Source: a virus
Lineage: Duplodnaviria > Heunggongvirae > Uroviricota > Caudoviricetes
Direction: 5' to 3' (one strand)
Length of the DNA: 64,000 nucleotides
IMG/VR virus record: IMGVR_UViG_3300017917_003727
Shown here: piece by piece, positions 8,021 through 17,841 of the stretch
How positions within the stretch are numbered: the stretch's first letter is position 1
Layout of the letters: every line of letters starts with the position of its first letter
Made by a program: the position numbers and the translations under genes
Notes under the pieces: generated by a model
Told to the model about the DNA's origin: nothing
The model's database searches: none
What the model saw: the letters and a program-made list of their open reading frames with translations, nothing else

Positions 8021-10345
8021 ATGTCTCACGATTTAGATGTAAGTAAACTTGAAAATCCATACATACAAGTTGTTTGGGAAGACACGGCCGAAAATTTTAC
8101 ACAGGAGCGTGTTAAGAGTGTACGCAGTTACTTTTCAAAAAAATATAATTCAACAAATGTAAATGTTTTAACTAAAGTTAAGACTACAGAGGATGTTCAA
8201 CAAACAGTTGATGTTTCCGTGAACATTATGGACCGAAATTATCAGTTGGAATTACTTAAAGAGTTATTAAAACAAAAAGGTCAAGAAAAACTTCATGAAG
8301 ATGTAATTAAGTTGGACAATATTGTAGAATCCAAATTATCATCCGAAGACATCCAAGCATTCAAAAAATGGTACATAAAGAAGATTGAATTTAGTAATTT
8401 TTTGTCATATGGAGAAAATCAAGTTTTAGATTTTGAGAAGTGTAATGGAATTAGTGTGATTGAATCCAACCCACCAAACTTTGGCGGTAAGACAGTACTA
8501 ACGGTAGACCTACTTTTATTTCTATTCTTCAATACAACTACCAAAACATCTAAAGCTGAGGAAATATTTAATAGATTTTCAGACAAAGACAAAGTGTCTG
8601 TAAGAGGAGAAATTAGTATTGATGGTGACGACTACATTTTAGTTAGACAAATAACACGAAAATTAGCTAAGTCAGGTGAATGGAATGTAAAAACAGAACT
8701 TGATTTTTTTAAGAAACTACCAACAGGTGAGTTACAAAACTTCACTGGTGAGCAACGTAGAGAAACAGAGGCTTTTATTAAGAATTCCATAGGAAACATG
8801 GATGACTTTTTGATGACTATTTTAACTACGGCTTCTAATCTTGAAGATTTATTAGAAGCAAAACCAACTGCAAGAGGACAGGTTCTATCAAGATTTTTGG
8901 GATTAGAATTTCTTAAAAGAAAAGAAGAAATAGGTAAAGAACTATATTCCATGTTTAGTAAGTCTATGATTTCAAACGTTTATAATACAGAGACGTTAAA
9001 AGAAAATATTCAAGAACTTATTAATAAAATTGATACTCACAAACAAGAAAACCAAACACTTGAGGACAACATTAAAGAATCTTTGGAGAAATTAGAAAAA
9101 GGTAAAAAGTTCAAAGAGGATTTATTGGCACAAAAATACACGGATATTGACCATGAATTATTAGTTTTAAATCCTAATTCTGTTAATGGAGAGGTCGAAC
9201 TAATTCGTCGTAAAATAAATGAGTTGAATTCTAACATCCAACAGGTTAAGGTTGTTGAACCTAAAGAATATTATCATGAGGACCAACACGATAAAGTTAA
9301 GGATAATGTCAATGAGGTATATAAACAAATAGTACAAATTGATACTGAGATTTCATCAATCAATAAACTAAAGTCTGAAGTTTCTGGTGGAATCAAGTGT
9401 GAACATTGTGGTATTGAACTTATGAACGCGGCAATTACCAACGCCAAAATTGCCGAACTTGATGGATTTATTCAACAAAAAGACCAAAAAACTAAGTTAA
9501 TGCAGGATTTAACCAGCAAAGAACAAGGTTTTACACAACTTAAGAGAGACTTTGACGAGTATGAGAAAAATAAGTTAATTAGAGAAAAATATGAACTTAG
9601 TCTTGAATCCGAAAACTTAAAATTAGAAAAAAACTTAGATAAATTAAAAAGATATCAAGACGTTCAAGAAAAGATTCAAAAGAACAAACTAATTGAAGAA
9701 AAATTAATTAAAGCGAATCTTCGTATCGATGAAATTGAACGTGAAAAAAATCAATACACTAACAAAATTTCATCTAACAACACAATGATTGGTAATTTTG
9801 AAAAAGAAATTGAATCAAAGAATGAAAAGATTTTAAAGATTGCGGAAGAGTTTGAAAAGGAAAAGGTCTACAAAACCTACTTAGAAATATTTGGAAAGAA
9901 TGGAATCTCAAAAATGATTATGAAAACTATGATGCCATTGATTAATGACGAATTACAAAGACTACTTCAAGACAGTGCATTCTTTAAATTAGAAGTTAGA
10001 ATCAGTGATAAAAATGAGGTTGAATTTGTTATGATAGATAATTCTACAGGTATTGAAAAATTGATGTCGAGTGGTTCAGGGTTTGAAAGAACAATAGCCT
10101 CTTTAGCGTTAAGGGCGGTATTATCCAAGATTTGTTCTTTACCAAAGCCAAATATAATTGTATTCGATGAGGTTTTTGGTAAAGTGTCAAACGACAATTT
10201 GGATATGGTTGGTGAATTTTTCACAAAGATTAAGGAATACTTTGAAAAAATATTTGTAATTACACATAACCCACTAGTGTCCAATTGGGCTAACAATATA
10301 GTTAGAATTACAAAGGTAGATAATATATCAAGAGTAAGTCAATAA
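8021..10345 (+). CDS. SbcC/Rad50-like ATPase (T4 gp46 analogue)
   Basis: Degenerate Walker A (NFGGKT), long coiled coil with CEHCG zinc hook, Walker B IIVFDEV, H-loop ITHN; paired with the SbcD-like gene; start could be 7964 (in frame). Confidence 0.55.
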   Translation: MSHDLDVSKLENPYIQVVWEDTAENFTQERVKSVRSYFSKKYNSTNVNVLTKVKTTEDVQQTVDVSVNIMDRNYQLELLKELLKQKGQEKLHEDVIKLDNIVESKLSSEDIQAFKKWYIKKIEFSNFLSYGENQVLDFEKCNGISVIESNPPNFGGKTVLTVDLLLFLFFNTTTKTSKAEEIFNRFSDKDKVSVRGEISIDGDDYILVRQITRKLAKSGEWNVKTELDFFKKLPTGELQNFTGEQRRETEAFIKNSIGNMDDFLMTILTTASNLEDLLEAKPTARGQVLSRFLGLEFLKRKEEIGKELYSMFSKSMISNVYNTETLKENIQELINKIDTHKQENQTLEDNIKESLEKLEKGKKFKEDLLAQKYTDIDHELLVLNPNSVNGEVELIRRKINELNSNIQQVKVVEPKEYYHEDQHDKVKDNVNEVYKQIVQIDTEISSINKLKSEVSGGIKCEHCGIELMNAAITNAKIAELDGFIQQKDQKTKLMQDLTSKEQGFTQLKRDFDEYEKNKLIREKYELSLESENLKLEKNLDKLKRYQDVQEKIQKNKLIEEKLIKANLRIDEIEREKNQYTNKISSNNTMIGNFEKEIESKNEKILKIAEEFEKEKVYKTYLEIFGKNGISKMIMKTMMPLINDELQRLLQDSAFFKLEVRISDKNEVEFVMIDNSTGIEKLMSSGSGFERTIASLALRAVLSKICSLPKPNIIVFDEVFGKVSNDNLDMVGEFFTKIKEYFEKIFVITHNPLVSNWANNIVRITKVDNISRVSQ

Positions 10346-10372
10346 AAAAACCCCGAGAAATCGGGGTTTTTA
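10344..10372. terminator. Bidirectional intrinsic terminator between convergent genes
   Basis: AAAAAA-CCCCGA-GAAA-TCGGGG-TTTTT. Confidence 0.65.
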
Positions 10373-10373
10373 T

Positions 10374-10889
10374 TTATTTCATTTTTTCTTTTATTTTTTC
10401 TAATCTATCCTGAAGACTGTCACCATATATTAAATATAGTTTTTCTAAAACACCTTTTGGGTTCTTTCTCATGTATCTTAAAACATCGTTAGGTATGTCT
10501 TCACCATATTTACCAAACACAGTACCCAATTCATATTCACGTGGCATCTTCTTAACGTTCGGCTCAACAGTAAAATCTTCATCATCCATATCACCCTCTT
10601 GAACCATGTTAGGTTCATTTACCGTGTTCATCATAAAATCAAAAACTTGGTCCATATTATTTTTAGCCTCAGATATATGGTCAACAGCCCAATCATGTTG
10701 CTTTAAAATATTATCAACCATATTAGTATCTAATTCCATCAACATGGATGTTTGTCTGTTAATCTGTTCTAAATTACCAAAAAACATGTAGTTTTCTACA
10801 CCCATATCATTACCCTCATTCAATTTGGTTTTTTGAAGTTTTTTAACTAACTTTGCTAACTGAGATTCATTTACAATTATATTTCTCAT
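10374..10889 (-). CDS. Hypothetical protein
   Basis: 171-aa ORF on minus strand, convergent with the SbcC-like gene. Confidence 0.4.
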   Translation of the reverse strand: MRNIIVNESQLAKLVKKLQKTKLNEGNDMGVENYMFFGNLEQINRQTSMLMELDTNMVDNILKQHDWAVDHISEAKNNMDQVFDFMMNTVNEPNMVQEGDMDDEDFTVEPNVKKMPREYELGTVFGKYGEDIPNDVLRYMRKNPKGVLEKLYLIYGDSLQDRLEKIKEKMK

Positions 10890-10909
10890 AAAATAACTTT
10901 ACTATAAAT

Positions 10910-11449
10910 ATGAATAAACAAAGAAAAGAAACAGTAGGGACCAAGTATTTACTAATTGGTTTTGGGGATTTCAAAGGAAATCAGAAACTAATAACACAAT
11001 TATTCAATCAATTCACACCCATACTTTCATCTAGTTTCCTAAAATTTCATTTTGGTGATGATTATGTGATTGCTCATTTTGAAACAGAAGAAACTCAAAA
11101 AAACGTGAGAGAATTTTGTAATATGGTATTACAAAACACAATTTGTAATTTTATTTTACTTCCACACAATAAAAATGTCATGGTTTCGTTACCAAAAGAA
11201 CTTCAAGACTTTTTATTCAATTTAGACCAACAAGACCAAATAATTACTGACAATTTGTCTGATAATGTTGAGGAAGAAGACGAAAGAGATTTTATGGAAC
11301 AATTGTTGGAAAAATTAAATACACCAAAAACACAAGAAGAAACAAAATTGTCGCTCGACGAACTACTAGATAAAATTCAACAAAAAGGTATTGACCAACT
11401 AACACAGAAAGAAAAACAACAACTATATGACTATTCAAAAGGAATCTAA
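10910..11449 (+). CDS. Hypothetical protein with acidic C-terminus
   Basis: 179-aa ORF immediately upstream of and overlapping the sigma factor gene. Confidence 0.4.
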   Translation: MNKQRKETVGTKYLLIGFGDFKGNQKLITQLFNQFTPILSSSFLKFHFGDDYVIAHFETEETQKNVREFCNMVLQNTICNFILLPHNKNVMVSLPKELQDFLFNLDQQDQIITDNLSDNVEEEDERDFMEQLLEKLNTPKTQEETKLSLDELLDKIQQKGIDQLTQKEKQQLYDYSKGI

Positions 11450-12248
11450 AACAATCACCAAAAACACTGGCATTATTAATCAGGAAGAAATATCATCTTA
11501 TCTGAAAGACATTCGTAAACTAAAAGTTATGACTGTCGATAGAGAAAAAGAACTATCTGAAAAAATGTTATCAGGTACTTGTACTGAAAAAGAAAAACAA
11601 GAAATATATTCCGAGTTACTCGAAGGTAATTTACGTTTTGTAATCACAGTTGCAAAACAATACCAAAATCAGGGATTGGATTTACCTGATTTGATTGCTG
11701 AGGGTAATTTAGGATTGATGAAAGCAATTCATAATTTTGATTGGACCAAAAAACTTAGATTTATCTCCTACGCAGTTTGGTGGGTTAAACAATCAATTCT
11801 CCAATCTCTTAATGAGAACGCAAGAACTATTCGACTTCCCGTAAACGTAGTTCAAGAATTACACAGGGCAAAAAAAGAACTTGAAAAGGGTATTACAGAA
11901 CTTGATGATAAGTTTGCAATGTTACCAACAACGGTAAATTTAGAGTCTACAATAAATGAAGACGGTGACACTCTTTTAGACATGATTGAGAATCCAAACG
12001 CAATTATGCCTGATGAAGGATTGAATAGTCAAGACAAGTTGAAAGACAAACTATTATCCATCATGAACATATTGGATGATAGAGAGAAAGTCATTGTTGA
12101 AGATTATTTTGGTTTAACTGGTACACCAAGAACTTTGGAAGATATCGGTGAAGACTTCAATCTTACCAAAGAAAGAGTTAGACAAATTAAGGAAAAAGCA
12201 TTACGTAAACTACGTAACGAATCATCTACACTATTTGATTATTTATAA
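11427..12248 (+). CDS. RNA polymerase sigma-70 family factor
   Basis: Region 2 (DLIAEGNLGLMKAIHNFD ... FISYAVWWVKQSI) and region 4 (TLEDIGEDFNLTKERVRQIKEKALRKLR) signatures. Confidence 0.75.
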   Translation: MTIQKESKTITKNTGIINQEEISSYLKDIRKLKVMTVDREKELSEKMLSGTCTEKEKQEIYSELLEGNLRFVITVAKQYQNQGLDLPDLIAEGNLGLMKAIHNFDWTKKLRFISYAVWWVKQSILQSLNENARTIRLPVNVVQELHRAKKELEKGITELDDKFAMLPTTVNLESTINEDGDTLLDMIENPNAIMPDEGLNSQDKLKDKLLSIMNILDDREKVIVEDYFGLTGTPRTLEDIGEDFNLTKERVRQIKEKALRKLRNESSTLFDYL

Positions 12249-12277
12249 TATTTTTGTATTTATAAATTAAAAGCAGT

Positions 12278-12562
12278 ATGAAAATTTTAGATTTTTTAAA
12301 AAAATACCAACAACAAATTTTGGTAGTATTATTTATCTTCTTACTTTTCCGTTCATGCGGAACAGGTTCAGAAGTTACTAGATTAAGAAAAGAAGTTGAA
12401 TCGCAGAAAACATTATTGGAAAATCTACCAACCAAAAAAGATATTCAAATCGAAGGTTTAAAAGTAGAAAAAAGAATGATTCAAGCGACCGATAGAAAAC
12501 TACTCGACGTTCAAAGACAAAACGAAATTGAAAAAGAAATTGATAAACTACAAAACAAATAA
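12278..12562 (+). CDS. Small membrane-anchored coiled-coil protein
   Basis: N-terminal TM helix then charged coiled coil. Confidence 0.4.
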   Translation: MKILDFLKKYQQQILVVLFIFLLFRSCGTGSEVTRLRKEVESQKTLLENLPTKKDIQIEGLKVEKRMIQATDRKLLDVQRQNEIEKEIDKLQNK

Positions 12563-12564
12563 AC

Positions 12565-13347
12565 ATGAGACAGTGGTTATCAAAAAATTTGAACGCAGTA
12601 ATTATCGGTAGTTTTTTAATTCCGATATTATTGGTTGCATTTGTGTCAATTTCACATGTAACAACATTTTATAATTTAGCGAACCCATTCACATGGGCTG
12701 TATATCTTTCAGTTGCTGTCGAAGTTGCTGCGTTGGCAGCTTTGGCGGGTGTGTCGGCTAAATTCGGTAAATTTATTTATATACCATTTGGTATTGTAAC
12801 TTTCATTCAGTTAATTGGTAATTTCTTTTTTTCCTACACTTGGATTGATGTTAATTCAAAAGAGTTCAAAGATTGGGTTGATATGGTAGGTGCAATTTTG
12901 GAACCTATGGGGATTGATTCTTCAGACCCCACAAGTCAAAGAAGGGTATTAGGGTTTCTTACGGGAGGTCTATTACCTTTTATTTCTTTGACTTTTGCAC
13001 ATATGTTAATTGTTTATTCGAACAAAATTAAAGACACAGATAACGTTGTACCTGTTGAATCTCTAACAGATAAAGATATTGAAGAATTATCTAAAGAAGC
13101 GGGTAAAAAAGAAAAAGAACGTGACGAGAATATAAAACCATACGTACCATCAGAAGATGAACTAATAAAATTACAAGAACTTTTTGAAAAAAAATATGGT
13201 GAACAGAAACAAGAATTTGATGTAACTGTTACTCCTCAACCAACAGAAAGTCCAACACCAACTCCTGAACCGTTATATTTTGTTGATGACCAACCAGTTG
13301 TGGAAGAAAATAAATCCTCTCGTTTGGTTTATACAAAAAATGAGTGA
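12565..13347 (+). CDS. Multi-pass membrane protein (holin-like candidate)
   Basis: About four predicted TM helices followed by a charged C-terminal tail; sits upstream of the amidase-like gene. Confidence 0.35.
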   Translation: MRQWLSKNLNAVIIGSFLIPILLVAFVSISHVTTFYNLANPFTWAVYLSVAVEVAALAALAGVSAKFGKFIYIPFGIVTFIQLIGNFFFSYTWIDVNSKEFKDWVDMVGAILEPMGIDSSDPTSQRRVLGFLTGGLLPFISLTFAHMLIVYSNKIKDTDNVVPVESLTDKDIEELSKEAGKKEKERDENIKPYVPSEDELIKLQELFEKKYGEQKQEFDVTVTPQPTESPTPTPEPLYFVDDQPVVEENKSSRLVYTKNE

Positions 13348-13897
13348 ATATACCCAAAAAACTCAAATCGTTTTAATCCACACCTCAAGAGTGGCGGAGG
13401 ATTATTTAAAGTCACTAGAATTTAGATATGACGGTAAATATGATAAAAAACCACATTATGTTATATTAAAATCTGGTGAAGTTGTAAATGTCCTTAACGA
13501 TACGGATGAAACAAATCTTTTTAACAAAGAAAATCCGAACAAAAATTCAATTGTAATCTGTTTGGAAAATTTAGGTTGGGTAAATAAAAATACTCTGTCT
13601 ACAACATTTTCTAATTGGATAGGAAACAAGATAGAACTTGTAAAAGAAAAAAAATGGAGGTCTAAGTTTTTTTGGGATTTTTACACCCAAGAACAAACTT
13701 CTTCTTTAGTTGAGTTATGTGAAAAACTTTGTGAAAAACATAACATACCAAAAAAATTTATTGGAACAAACACAAGAATTTCAGGTTCCGAAAATTACGA
13801 AGGAATTATTACAAGAAGTAATTTCGACGAAGATTACACAGATTTGTCGCCAGCTTTCAACTTCGTATATTTATTAGAAAAGTTTAATGATGATTAA
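13340..13897 (+). CDS. N-acetylmuramoyl-L-alanine amidase-like (Amidase_2/PGRP fold) protein, possibly non-catalytic
   Basis: IVLIHTS, PHYVILKSGEV, NSIVICLENLG and YTQEQ..L align to T7-lysozyme/PGRP blocks; the second His and the Cys zinc ligands are not evident; ATGA overlap start at 13340. Confidence 0.4.
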   Translation: MSEYTQKTQIVLIHTSRVAEDYLKSLEFRYDGKYDKKPHYVILKSGEVVNVLNDTDETNLFNKENPNKNSIVICLENLGWVNKNTLSTTFSNWIGNKIELVKEKKWRSKFFWDFYTQEQTSSLVELCEKLCEKHNIPKKFIGTNTRISGSENYEGIITRSNFDEDYTDLSPAFNFVYLLEKFNDD

Positions 13898-14426
13898 CGA
13901 ATACGATGAAATAAAAAATCTACTTAAGAAAAGTAGATTATTGACAGAACAACCTACACCAGGTCCTATCAATTTAGCTAAAGACATTGAAAAGTCTGCT
14001 GAAGATAGTATGAACAAAGACGAAAACAACCCAAGAGAGAAAACAAAAAAATATAGAATCTCAGGAGGTATATTAACAATCAATGGGGACAGCTCAACAG
14101 AGGTGCAACTTACTACCGATGATAAAATCGCATTTCAAGAAACCATGGATGAGTTTGTTTCTGAGGTTTCAGATTTAGTTGATTTTGGTCCACTTAATCT
14201 ATATAAGAACTCAGTTGAGTGGAGTGGAAAGATTGTAGATTTTGATGTAGAATTTTTTATGACAATAGGGGAACAGAACGGTGTATACATAAATGGTAAT
14301 CAATTAAAGTTAGATGAAAAATTTATGGATACTATATCTAAATTAGTAACCTATTACGAAAAATTCAAATCAAAGTGGGCTAAAGTCATTGCATCAAGAA
14401 AGAAAACAAAAGTAAAAACAAGCTAA
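13887..14426 (+). CDS. Hypothetical protein
   Basis: 179-aa ORF. Confidence 0.4.
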   Translation: MMINEYDEIKNLLKKSRLLTEQPTPGPINLAKDIEKSAEDSMNKDENNPREKTKKYRISGGILTINGDSSTEVQLTTDDKIAFQETMDEFVSEVSDLVDFGPLNLYKNSVEWSGKIVDFDVEFFMTIGEQNGVYINGNQLKLDEKFMDTISKLVTYYEKFKSKWAKVIASRKKTKVKTS

Positions 14427-14773
14427 TGGATTTTGTAAAAAAGATATTGATGTTTCTTGGTATAATCTGTCCTATTATACTTTTTTACCTGTTAACAAAA
14501 CCAGTTGATAATTCAAACATAGAATTATTGGAGAATAAATGTGATTCATTACAAAATGAAATACAACTAACAACAATAAAAATTGATAGTTTTAATTTGG
14601 AGACAAAAAAATTGGTTGAAAAAAGTGTAGTTCTCAAGAATGAACTAACAACACTAAACAAAAAAACTAAAGAGCTTAAAAAACAACATGAAAAAGATAT
14701 TAATTACATTAATAGTCTCTCTAACAATGATGTTGCCGACGTATTCGCAAACGAATTCAAAGACATCGAGTGA
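14426..14773 (+). CDS. TM plus coiled-coil protein (i-spanin-like candidate)
   Basis: N-terminal TM helix followed by coiled coil. Confidence 0.35.
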   Translation: MDFVKKILMFLGIICPIILFYLLTKPVDNSNIELLENKCDSLQNEIQLTTIKIDSFNLETKKLVEKSVVLKNELTTLNKKTKELKKQHEKDINYINSLSNNDVADVFANEFKDIE

Positions 14774-15095
14774 TAGTTGTATTGTTCCCGTTTCAACACT
14801 AAGAAACGCATTAATAATAAAATCACAAAGAGATTTATTAAAAAAAGAAATTGAAATCACAAGAGACTCAATTTCTAAACTTACTGAACTTGTAGATGTA
14901 AAAGATTCAATAATTAAGAATCAAGAAGAGATAATTTTATTATACAAACAAAATTTAGAAAGATGTCAGGAAGTTGTTAAGACTAAAGATTCCATAATTG
15001 AAGAGTGGAAAAAAAAGTATAAAAAACAAAGAAATTTAAAATTGGCTGGTTTCGGAACTGGCATACTCGGAATATTTATTGCAATCATTAAATAA
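14688..15095 (+). CDS. Signal-peptide coiled-coil protein with C-terminal TM (overlapping, out-of-frame with previous)
   Basis: N-terminal signal-like MKKILITLIVSLTMMLP, coiled coil, C-terminal LAGFGTGILGIFIAII. Confidence 0.3.
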   Translation: MKKILITLIVSLTMMLPTYSQTNSKTSSDSCIVPVSTLRNALIIKSQRDLLKKEIEITRDSISKLTELVDVKDSIIKNQEEIILLYKQNLERCQEVVKTKDSIIEEWKKKYKKQRNLKLAGFGTGILGIFIAIIK

Positions 15096-15879
15096 TATGA
15101 ACGTAGTTACAAAACAATTTAAAGATGCACTAAGTAAAAAATTACCAGAAGTGACAGACATTAAAGGAAAACAAGACATAAGTAAACTCATGGCTAAAAT
15201 AGGTGGTGAAACTAAAGAAGCAACAACAACTGGAGGAGGAACGTTTGAACCACCAGCATTTTCTCTATTTTCAAACGAGGCACCCAAAAAAACCAAACCT
15301 AAAGGTGGGGAAGTTGGAGAATCTGAAAAAATAAAAGGAGGACTTGCAGATAACAAGACTCTTGAAAATATTGCAAAAAAACATGATAAAAAAGGATATT
15401 ATCATGTTAACAATATGATATCATCATTAAAAAAACAACTTACTAAAGGTATTGAAGTTGAGATGGAACATACCAAGGATAGAAAAAAGGCCGAGGAAAT
15501 TGCAATGGACCATTTATTTGAAGACCCAAACTATTATACAAAACTTAGTAAAATAGAAAAAGGAGAATTTAAAGAGGCAACTACTTCAGCATCATCAGGC
15601 TCGTTTGTTGGGGCGTCTTTTTTGGCTAAATCTCAAAATAAAAAAGATTGGAGAGGAGCAGCAAAACCACTATATAAAGGTGGTAAGTTTGTTAGAGTTA
15701 AGAAAAAATGTAAAACATTCCCATATTGTAATCAGGGAGATATAAAAGCTCTTGAATTGTGGGAGGATGATAAATTAACCGAGGCAATTAAAAAAGTTGC
15801 TAAAGATAAAAATATTCACGAAAATGTAATCCGAGCTATAGTTTTACATGAAATTGAGGAAAAACTTTTTGGTGAATAA
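15079..15879 (+). CDS. Hypothetical protein with conserved GIEVEMEHT...AMDHLFEDPNYY block (DUF5661-like)
   Basis: 266-aa ORF; start may be ATG 15097 just after the upstream stop. Confidence 0.4.
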   Translation: MQSLNNMNVVTKQFKDALSKKLPEVTDIKGKQDISKLMAKIGGETKEATTTGGGTFEPPAFSLFSNEAPKKTKPKGGEVGESEKIKGGLADNKTLENIAKKHDKKGYYHVNNMISSLKKQLTKGIEVEMEHTKDRKKAEEIAMDHLFEDPNYYTKLSKIEKGEFKEATTSASSGSFVGASFLAKSQNKKDWRGAAKPLYKGGKFVRVKKKCKTFPYCNQGDIKALELWEDDKLTEAIKKVAKDKNIHENVIRAIVLHEIEEKLFGE

Positions 15880-15896
15880 AACTATTTATATGTAAT

Positions 15897-17246
15897 ATGA
15901 AAAACATTGAAAGAAACATTTCGAAATTAGTTAATAGATTTATAAAAGAATCATTCGTCGATATCACAGATATGGACACAGATGCCGCAGTTGAGGAGGT
16001 AACAGAAAAAACTCACGGCAAAGATAAAAAGTTTGGTGACGGTAGAGACAAAATCGACGTTGCAAAACCAAAAGGTAAAATCACAGGTGCCGATTTCAGA
16101 AAACTACAGAGTATGAAGAAAAGGGAAATGGACGAGAATTACGGTATGGAAGATGAAATGGGTGGAGGATATTACAAATATGATAATCCTAATAGACATA
16201 AAGCGTCTAAATTAGCTGACCGTTTTCCTGGCGTTACTTTTAGTGATGACGATTTAAATAAGAGCGAAGACGAACTAACTGCAGATTATGAAAAAATCAT
16301 GGGTAAAAGAAAAAGATTTGATATAAACGACCCTAATTTTAGAAGTCCAGGTGGTTTTAAGGCTGGTGAATTAGTTTTCGAGGAAGGTGAAACTGAGGAG
16401 GGTAACGAATTCACAGGTGCTTTAGCTAAAGCTAAGGAAGAAGGTAAGGATACATTCACCGTTGATGGAAGAGAATATAATGTAACAAAAGAATCAGTTA
16501 ACAGAAAAATTGAAAGAATTCTTGAAAGAAGAAGAAGTAAAGTAAACGAAAGAAAAGAAAGAACAAATCAAAACAAAGTTGTTTTCACTGAGTCTGAATT
16601 GATTGACTTTATTGAAAGAATTGTTGAATCGGAAATTAAGACAGATAAAGATACAACTAACGCATTATCAAAAACCAAGAAAGTCAATTCTGATGCAACT
16701 AAAGAAGTTGTAGAAAAAATGAAAGACTATATGAAAAACATGGGAATGGAATATAAAGAAAATGCTGAAGAGTTCCCAAAAGGAAATAAAAAAATGTCTA
16801 GAGAAGATTATGGTAAATCAACAACAGACGAGAAGAAAAAAGCTTACAAAGCTTCAAATTCTGTAGAAGAATATATTGACCAAATTGCGAGAAGTGGTGG
16901 TATGGAAGTTTTAGAATACGACCAAATAAAACCAAACGAAGAGTGGATGGACATGAACATAGAAGGCTCTTCAAAAACAGGTAATTCTCAGGAATACGCA
17001 AATGCGGTACCAACTGATGTTAATAAAAATGTAAACAGAAGAAGAAAATTAAACATCTTAAACAAATTAAAGAAACAATCTTATCAAAAGGCTGAACAAC
17101 CTGTTTATGATGTTGCTGGTGAAGATACACACTTGGACAAAATGTTAGGTATAGAAGAATCTGTAGAAAATAGAAAAGATAAAAAAATCAACGAAGATAT
17201 GGAAAAAATGAAAAAGTTGATTAATTACGCTCAGAAGACACAATAA
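15897..17246 (+). CDS. Highly charged (K/E/D-rich) hypothetical protein
   Basis: 449-aa ORF, low complexity, no motif. Confidence 0.4.
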   Translation: MKNIERNISKLVNRFIKESFVDITDMDTDAAVEEVTEKTHGKDKKFGDGRDKIDVAKPKGKITGADFRKLQSMKKREMDENYGMEDEMGGGYYKYDNPNRHKASKLADRFPGVTFSDDDLNKSEDELTADYEKIMGKRKRFDINDPNFRSPGGFKAGELVFEEGETEEGNEFTGALAKAKEEGKDTFTVDGREYNVTKESVNRKIERILERRRSKVNERKERTNQNKVVFTESELIDFIERIVESEIKTDKDTTNALSKTKKVNSDATKEVVEKMKDYMKNMGMEYKENAEEFPKGNKKMSREDYGKSTTDEKKKAYKASNSVEEYIDQIARSGGMEVLEYDQIKPNEEWMDMNIEGSSKTGNSQEYANAVPTDVNKNVNRRRKLNILNKLKKQSYQKAEQPVYDVAGEDTHLDKMLGIEESVENRKDKKINEDMEKMKKLINYAQKTQ

Positions 17247-17293
17247 GAAAAAAAATATTTTCTTTATTTGGTCCATGTTTATATTTCATTATA

Positions 17294-17779
17294 ATGGAAA
17301 TGAAGTATAACATGGACCAATTTTTTAATTGGTTGGCAAAACCGATGTTACCTGAGGAAATTGACGCTTGGTATAAGTCAAATAATATCATTCCTGAGAT
17401 GAGTGATTTATTCAGGGATTTTTGTTTCTCATTATTAAAATTAGTCGATGAAACTTATTTAGGTAATGATGAAGATTCAAAGGAAACAAAAATAGGATTA
17501 ACTCAAGAAGACAAATTGGCTCATTTTGTTTGGTGTTGGAACAAAACAGTGAATAACTTTGAAAAAGAAAATATTGTATTCATCAAAAACGAAGAAACTT
17601 TTAACTACTTTAAAAACTTCTTCATGGAGGTATATTATAACCAAGAACAAGACTTTATACGAAAATCACTCAGTGATTTTTTTATTCAAATTTTCAATAG
17701 GAACAATAAACATAGTAAATCAGATATTGAGATGTTTACTGAACTTTATAAACTATTAGAAAAGAGTTTACAACATTAA
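17294..17779 (+). CDS. Hypothetical protein
   Basis: 161-aa ORF. Confidence 0.4.
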   Translation: MEMKYNMDQFFNWLAKPMLPEEIDAWYKSNNIIPEMSDLFRDFCFSLLKLVDETYLGNDEDSKETKIGLTQEDKLAHFVWCWNKTVNNFEKENIVFIKNEETFNYFKNFFMEVYYNQEQDFIRKSLSDFFIQIFNRNNKHSKSDIEMFTELYKLLEKSLQH

Positions 17780-17794
17780 TTAAACCTATTTCTA

Positions 17795-17824
17795 TTTACA
17801 ATAAACCACAAAAAATTAACTTTT
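17795..17824 (+). promoter_or_regulatory. Promoter TTTACA-N16-TAACTTTT (variant of the conserved module)
   Basis: Upstream of a small basic-protein gene. Confidence 0.35.
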
Positions 17825-17841
17825 AATAAAAATAAGAAAAA

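Noticed and set aside
3976-9237. Numerous short internal or antisense ORFs (for example 3976-4179, 4478-4708, 4992-5174, 5891-6100, 6286-6638, 6858-7244, 7322-7531, 8632-8952, 9037-9237)
   Set aside because: They are fully nested within or antisense to longer ORFs that have recognisable domains (primase, nuclease, SbcD, SbcC). Their sequences are low-complexity and have no independent signals.
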